Shown: positions 57,201 through 64,000 of the stretch, in pieces
How positions within the stretch are numbered: position 1 is the stretch's first letter
Layout of the letters: the number at the start of each line of letters is the position of its first letter
From: Bugula neritina
Taxonomy: Eukaryota; Animalia; Bryozoa
Length of the DNA: 64,000 nt
Assembly: GCA_964035545.1 (NCBI GenBank)
Contig: OZ037771.1
Location: 124,001-188,000 of the forward strand
Direction: 5' to 3'
The notes under the pieces: generated by a model
What the model saw: the letters and a program-made list of their open reading frames with translations, nothing else
What the model was told of the DNA's origin: nothing
Database searches by the model: none
Made by a program: the position numbers and the translations under genes

Positions 57201-59650
57201 TGATATGAAGGTAGTGATATGAAGGTAGTGATATGAAGGTAGTGGTAGCGATATGAACTTACTATCAAACAATTTGATGATATGCCGGTGCTGAAATCTC
57301 CTGAGATACTGTATTTCTTTCAAATCATGTGTCGTTTCTAAACAGGGACGATAACTCCGGAGTTCTCGTTTACACACATGATCACCTGAGTTGGTGAGCT
57401 TTATGATCATATACCTACAGATAGATAGTATGATGTACTATATTACTAGCATATGATCATATACCTACAGATAGTATGATGTACTATATTACTAGCATAT
57501 GATCATATACCTACAGATAGTATGATGTACTATATTACTAGCATATGATCATATACCTACAGATAGTATGATGTACTATATTACTAGCATATAATCATAT
57601 ACCTACAGATAGATAGTATGATGTACTATATTGTTAGCATATAATCATATACCTACAGATAGATAGTATGATGTACTATATTGTTAGCATATGATCATAT
57701 ACCTACAGATAGATAGTATGATGTACTATATTGTTAGCATATAATCATATACCTACAGATAGATAGTATGATGTACTATATTGTTAGCATATAATCATAT
57801 ACCTACAGATAGATAGTATGATGTACTATATTACTAGCATATGATCATATACCTACAGACAGATAGTATGGTGTACTATATTACTAGCATATAATCATAT
57901 ACATAAATACCTGTGATTATGTTCCTCATAGCCAACGAAAATGTTTGAATAGCAGCCTTTATATAAATGTTCTAGACAGAATATTCCATGAGATGTAATG
58001 TCTCTAATAGATGTATCTAGACAGTTCTTTCCTGTAGACATCAGTGTCTTCTTACAGAGAGGTAAAGGGGGATATTGGTGTTCTATGCTGTGACCTGGGT
58101 ACAAGTTGTATACTGAGATACTAGTTATATACTGAGATACTAGTTATATACTGAGATACTAGTTATATACTGAGATACTGGTTATATACTGAGATACTAG
58201 TTATATACTGAGATACTAGTTATATATACTGAGATACTAGTTATATACTGAAATACTAGTTATATACTGATATACTAGTTATATACTGAGATACTAGTTA
58301 TATACTGAGATACTAGTTATATACTGAGATACTAGTTATATACTGAGATACTAGCTATATACTGAGATACTAGTTATATACTGAGATACTAGTTATATAC
58401 TGAGATACTAGTTATATACTGAGATACTAGTTATATATACTGAGATACTAGTTATATACTGAGATACTAGTTATATATACTGAGATACTAGTTATATACT
58501 GAAATACTAGTTATATACTGATATACTAGTTATATACTGAGATACTAGTTATATACTGAGATACTAGTTATATACTGAGATACTAGTTATATACTGAAAT
58601 ACTAGTTATATACTGAAATACTAGTTATATACTGATATACTAGTTATATACTGATATACTAGTTATATACTGAGATACTAGTTATATACTGAGATACTAG
58701 TTATATACTGAGATACTAGTTATATACTGATATACAAGTTACTTACTTAGAGGGCATTTAACTTTGCAGACAATGCTGTTCAGTTTAGCATCTGATCCAT
58801 CTGATATTATAGCCATACATTCATGAGGTTTACGATAACTAGGAGAGGGTCTCAATCCGTCTCCAACAGCTGCACAATTATCAGCATTTCTAACAAATCC
58901 AGTAGCACCGCTGTAGATTAAAGAGTTCATGTAAACTGAAAGTGAAATGAATATGGAAGGCACTAAAATGTTTAATATAATATAATACCATGTAGTCACA
59001 GCAACTAATAGACTCACCATTAATAACTAATGACTGCTGGTAACTCACTACTAATAACTAATGACTACTGGTAACTCACCGAGTGTCTGGAAAAAGCCGC
59101 CCGTGAGGGAGAGAGAGCACCTTTGAGAAGGCACTCACAGACTTTGGTGTGACCACAGAGTCCGCCATGCGGTCATATCTGTGAAAGGAAGTGTGGGCGT
59201 GTCCCAACTGACTCTGTGCACCAACGATGCCTGGCAGCGACACAGACGAGCCGCGAGCATGATTCAGCCCATCCCTGGTGTCCCCAGTGTCGGTGTCCCT
59301 GCATATATACGTGATGTGTGTGTGTATACGTGATGTGTGTGTGTGTATATACATGATATATGTGTATATACATGATATGTGTCTATACATGATATATATG
59401 TGTATATACATGATATGTGTGTATACATGATATATATGTAAACTACAATACTAATATATTATATAGATGTGTGCGAGTGTGTAGAAGAGTAAAAGTTTAC
59501 CACTGACATGGGTTCAAGGGTGTCATGAGCCGACTGGTTGTAGTTTCTCTCAGAAAGTGAGATCCCACTAACAGACTTGGAGATCTTATTTGGTGGAGAG
59601 GAGGAAGATTGCTCAGTTAGCATCAACAAGGGGGCGTGACTACTGAACAT
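54228..59650 (-). CDS. CAMK-group (TSSK-like) kinase-fold protein, probably a pseudokinase; ~9 exons (59650-~59467, 59300-59080, 58911-58748, 58093-57911, 57414-57263, 56266-56109, 55780-55652, 55568-55328, 54372-54228)
   Basis: Subdomain order IIK, EIQYLRRFQHRHIIKLFD, ILLEFCCNG, KYFRQMFSAVNYIH, VKLID, GFQAPE, ADVWSLGACLYSMVTG, RDLLSGML..PDCR. Confidence 0.82.
54440..58737. repeat. Private intronic arrays in the pseudokinase gene (54440-55325; 55790-56085; 14-bp 56320-57257; 46-50-bp 57403-57900; 20-bp 58088-58737)
   Basis: Directly visible tandem units. Confidence 0.93.
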
Positions 59651-60374
59651 GGTTAGCTTTCTCTTACGATCAGAATCACCATCACTACAATATAAATACT
59701 ACTGTCAGCGAGTTATAAAATTAAATTGATACTAAATCAAAATGAAAAATTAATGTTCTTGCACAGATAGAAGTCTTACTCACTACTTATATCATCAAAT
59801 TTCTAAACTTTTTACCTGGTTTGAAGGTCATCACAGTCAGGAAAGCTCATAATAATTAGTTCGCATTCAGTAGAAAAAAATTTAACAGCAAAGTGTATAA
59901 ATTTTTAAATCAGAAAAATGAAAAGAATTAGTGAATATAAAACCATAAAAAACTAGTTGCTAACTTATTACTAAATCTCTTTTTTACATTCACATTACAA
60001 CAACAAACAATGATGTCATAAATTAATGGCTTCCATTTGGCAAACATTAAGTATAGTGTACTGTGCTTTCCCTTTGTACCACTTAACCGAATAATTTACA
60101 ACAAACAGTTCAACTACAATTACTCACATTGATGCTAACACACCCTGAACAGACTAAAGTTTCTTGAATACAAAGATATAACATTATCAATCTTCATAGA
60201 AATGCTCTGCTAATGCTAATGCTGTGCTAATGCCCCTGGTGTTCTATTAGATTTGACAAGAAATAAGGATACTCCTGCATTACACAAACACACTACATAA
60301 AACTAACAACTAACTTCGAATATCGTATTTACAATTCGAGGCTAAAATAGCAGTCTCAAAATCTATGAAATAAA

Positions 60375-61176
60375 TTAAAAAAATAACTCTTTTTTACAAA
60401 GCCTGGTGGGGCCATCTTTGCTGGTCTGTTTTATAGTGAGAAAATGTTTTAGACAGTCATTTGAGGGTCGAGTCACCTTCCAGTATATGTCAGCGGATTC
60501 TGCAAGCTTAACAGGTGGAAAACCAATAGCGTGAGAAGATATAAATATAACAGCCACGTTGCAGAGTTGGGTGAGCTGTGTTAGTGAAGTGTGAAGGTGG
60601 GATAAATCAGCCTTAGTCATGCTGTATACATTACTACAATTACAAACAAGCACAGTTATCTTCTCTTCTACAACTGTCTCCTTTATGCTGGCGAGTAGAC
60701 AGAAGAGTTGCAGAGAGGTAGAGGGTCTGAACACCTTAACTCGAGATGGAGAGGAGGAGATTACCTTGTCACATACAGAGCTAGAGACTCCTTCAGATTT
60801 TAGTTTCTGCTCTAAACCTTCCAAGACAGCCAACATATTCAGCTGATACGCCTGCAATACACGTTAAACAGCCAATGATAACACTACAAGTCTACAATTA
60901 CAACTACTATAGAATTCAAACCCCAAACCCCTCGTATGACAGAATGCTAACCAAATCCAAGAGCAGAATATTTCTTTCGAATCCACCATAAGCTTGGGGC
61001 AAAACTGTCTCCACAACCAGCTTGGTAAGCATTGCTGCTTTTGAAAAACTACAAGGAGTTGAAAGAAAGATGGTGTTGCCCGTACGAAACTCTCCAAACA
61101 GTGAGCTCTTCAACGTTTCTGTAGGTTTCAGTCGAAGCAACAATTCCACCCCAGTTTCTTCACAGAGGCTTGACAT
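60375..61176 (-). CDS. XRCC2: RAD51 paralog XRCC2-like; exons 61176-60952 and 60851-60375
   Basis: ETGVELLLRL, ETVLPQAYGGFERNILLLDL|AYQLNML parallel XRCC2 (ESGTELLARL, ILP..EGGLE..VLFIDTDYHFDML); 100-nt GT-AG intron. Confidence 0.8.
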
Positions 61177-62442
61177 CTAAAAATATTCAAACAATCCCAG
61201 TTCTTCTAAGCAAAGAGAGTAAATTTGGAGATCAAAATCATCAAAAAAGGTGCAGCATTTTTTATGCTGAAAACTCAATATAGAGTGACTAACCAGAACA
61301 TTATAAAACAATTCGCAGAGCACTTTATATATATAAATTTATGCAAACAATAATTCTAGCTTAAATACCATTTTTACATATTTATAAACTTTACAAAGTC
61401 AACAAAAGGTGAAACAATTTGCTAACATCTGTTCAAAATTCACCAGAAAACATTTTTGCTTAAACAAATAATTTCTTTGACTCAATATTTGAACATAAAC
61501 TTCAAGGCGTGGGCTTTGCTTTCACTTCAGATTTTTAAAACTACAATTTCACTTTAAAAGTGACCACCAACCACCAAGAAGTTTCACTATCATCAAAATG
61601 AAGACTGTGAGCACCATTAGTAGTGCTCTTTTAGCATTAGTGTATTACAGACAAAATGGTGAAGATACTGATAGCGCAGCACATATAGCAGCAGTAGAAA
61701 CAACAAATGCAATATTCAGTATACCAACAACATTCATATAATTATTGTCATCTCAATTAGTATAACTAATTTGACCTAATATTGTTATTTGTCATACTAT
61801 TATTACATCATAATAAATTGGCATTACCATAGAACTTGCCAGTAGTCTTAGAAACATTAATCTACTGTTGAAATAAATAATTATTTCTAATAAAATATAA
61901 ATTGTATTATATACGATTAATTATCAATTTTACTATTATTAATAATAATACCAAGTCGACTACTATTACTTATGCTACAAGTAAAAGTTAAGCTAATACT
62001 AATACTAGTAAAACTACAAGTATCTACTGTACACATCCACATAATGGCAATCATAGTGATATTGATTGCTGATAGTGACACTGATAGTATGAGACTCGGA
62101 CTGAGTATAACTATTACTATGATCATGATTTATTGATTATCATTACTCATCAGGATAGCAAAGAAAATATTATGATAGCACTACCATAAATATTGTGTAT
62201 TTATTATTAATTATAATATGCTTAATATAGCTAAAGTAGCCAGCTAGAGTGGAAGATGTCGACTCGCCAGAGTGAGTGCGATAAATGATAATCACAGTTT
62301 CACAATCACTATCACTATGACTATCACTATCAGAGTCAGATTGAAATTAGTTGCCACCAGCAGGTGTTGTTTGGAACATCAAACATTTTGATATAATGTC
62401 GTTGAAAAGTTTAAGATAAAATACTCAACAAAGTTTGGGTAA

Positions 62443-62680
62443 CAGGCAGAGATGTAGTGGCAAAAACATTCTAGGCCATACTCTCAGGCCGGGGTTCAGG
62501 GGGCCGCCCAGGCACCCGGCGGGGTCTGGGGCAGCGCCCCGCCGCTGAAGCCCTCAGAGCTCTTCTAATGCAAATTTATGCAATTTAAAGCCATTGTGAA
62601 TTCTAATTCTTCTGAAAAAATCTGTGTTGAAATGTGCACCTCACTATTATTTTCATACCATACCAGCTACATGACCACTG
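62443..62680. mobile_element. Possible non-autonomous DNA transposon remnant with GC-rich core
   Basis: GC island ggggtctggggcagcgcccc in AT-rich DNA; imperfect inverted ends cag..gatgtagtgg / ccagctacatg..ctg. Confidence 0.3.
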
Positions 62681-64000
62681 GGCATTGCTGCAAACTATAT
62701 AAATATTCAGTATTGTCCCATACCTGTTGACTGTAATTTTAAATGTAGTCTTACTCAACTGCAGTTAGGTTTGTTCTGACATGCACTAAGTCCAAACTGT
62801 ACAGAACAATTGCTGAAGATCTCAAAAAGATGGAAGGATAAAGGCAGGTAACAAGTGCTCTTCAAATGCAACCTGATTATTTTATTAATAACTAATAGAC
62901 TGACGTTCCCAGAAAAAGAATAATAGATCAGAAAAGAGGCAGATTGCAAATCAGAAAATGTGTGTTGGTTATTTATAAAGAGCAATTTGAATTGATAACT
63001 CATTGGCAAGCAGAAATTGGTTAAAAACCTAATTGGAGTTTATTAGAGTATTAGTCTAAACCATAAGGAGATACCACCACACCTTCTAACACACAATAAA
63101 GCACACCTAAGAAGAGTATGTTAACTTGGTTTTAAAATAAAACCCCTGAGCTTTCACTAGACACATCAAGGAAACATACCCCAAATGAAAGAATTTGACA
63201 GGTTTAATATGTGTTAACCTAGAAGATGATTAAATATAAAGCCAAATGTTAGTTATTACAATCAACCATAAACTGTTACTTATGGTGGTGTACAGTTTGC
63301 AAAACCTCATTGCATTGATATAATTAACATGCAATAACGCTAGGTTTTTGAGCAAAATGTGGACATAGTACCTGTAGACCTCAGTGATAAATTTTCGTTA
63401 ACCTCTCCTACACAACTGGTACTGTTTCTTGAAGACATTTTGATTTTATTTCTGGATTTTTGATTTTATTTTTGGATTTCATGTTGGTTTTTTAAAATTC
63501 CATTGCTTATTGACAAAATACAAGTCCACACAAGATAGATAAGGGCAACTTTCTAGCTGTCACTGCCTAATTGTGCTAGAATAAAAATTTAAAAACCATG
63601 TTGTAGATCTTCCTGTTCCTTAGAGCACCTGCTTTTTCGAGTTTTCAATATTTTTTTTGCAAAGTTATAGACAAAAAACTACCCATTTTGGCCAATTTTA
63701 TCTGAAAAGTTTATTTTTCAAAATCTGCCAAATATCTCAGCAGGAAAGTATGGTATTGGAATAGAACAAACACTGTCGGAAACCTGAGAAATTTATGCAT
63801 AGCAAATTTTTTGATCCTTTCAATAGCCTTCATAGATTTTCTACAAATTAGTGATTTATACACTTAAATGAAATATTTCTTCCTTAGCAATCACCAATGC
63901 TCAGCACTTCGAGCTTCAGTGAACACGTAGAGATGAGAAGATGGAATGTTGATAGCTGCTTATTATTCATAGTGTAATCTCAGGCTAAACAATCACAAGT

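Noticed and set aside
52448-57268. Long low-complexity ORFs at 52-53 kb, 54-55 kb and 56-57 kb
   Set aside because: Translations of intronic tandem arrays in EIF4E2 and the pseudokinase.
62755-64000. Short ORF and AT-rich tail of window
   Set aside because: No recognisable protein motif or terminal repeats; possibly TE-derived but unsupported.

Overview
AT-rich, intron-rich eukaryotic DNA that looks like an invertebrate animal; the taxon cannot be determined from the sequence. Nine spliced genes can be reconstructed by hand from GT-AG junctions and protein motifs: a GT11 alpha-1,2-fucosyltransferase (3' part, +), a CYP4-clan P450 (+), an orphan protein with a single C-terminal Myb/SANT domain (-), a short ABCC (ABCC5/12-like) transporter (+), an RNF31/HOIP-like RBR ubiquitin ligase (-), EIF1AD (-), EIF4E2/4EHP (+), a CAMK/TSSK-like pseudokinase (-) and XRCC2 (-). 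Non-genic features include a 5'-truncated LINE, tRNA-derived SINE copies, a 28-nt U6 snRNA 3' fragment and a 99-bp-arm perfect inverted repeat. The dominant pattern is that most internal introns are filled by their own private minisatellite, while the long intergenic spacers have almost none. At least a dozen of these arrays are tandem copies of the exon/intron junction itself. They stack identical decoy donors or acceptors, and the site that yields the intact protein is the exon-proximal one. One intron is a head-to-tail chain of GT..AG units. Most long ORFs in the supplied track are read-throughs of these arrays. Exon coordinates are manual and unverified by transcripts.
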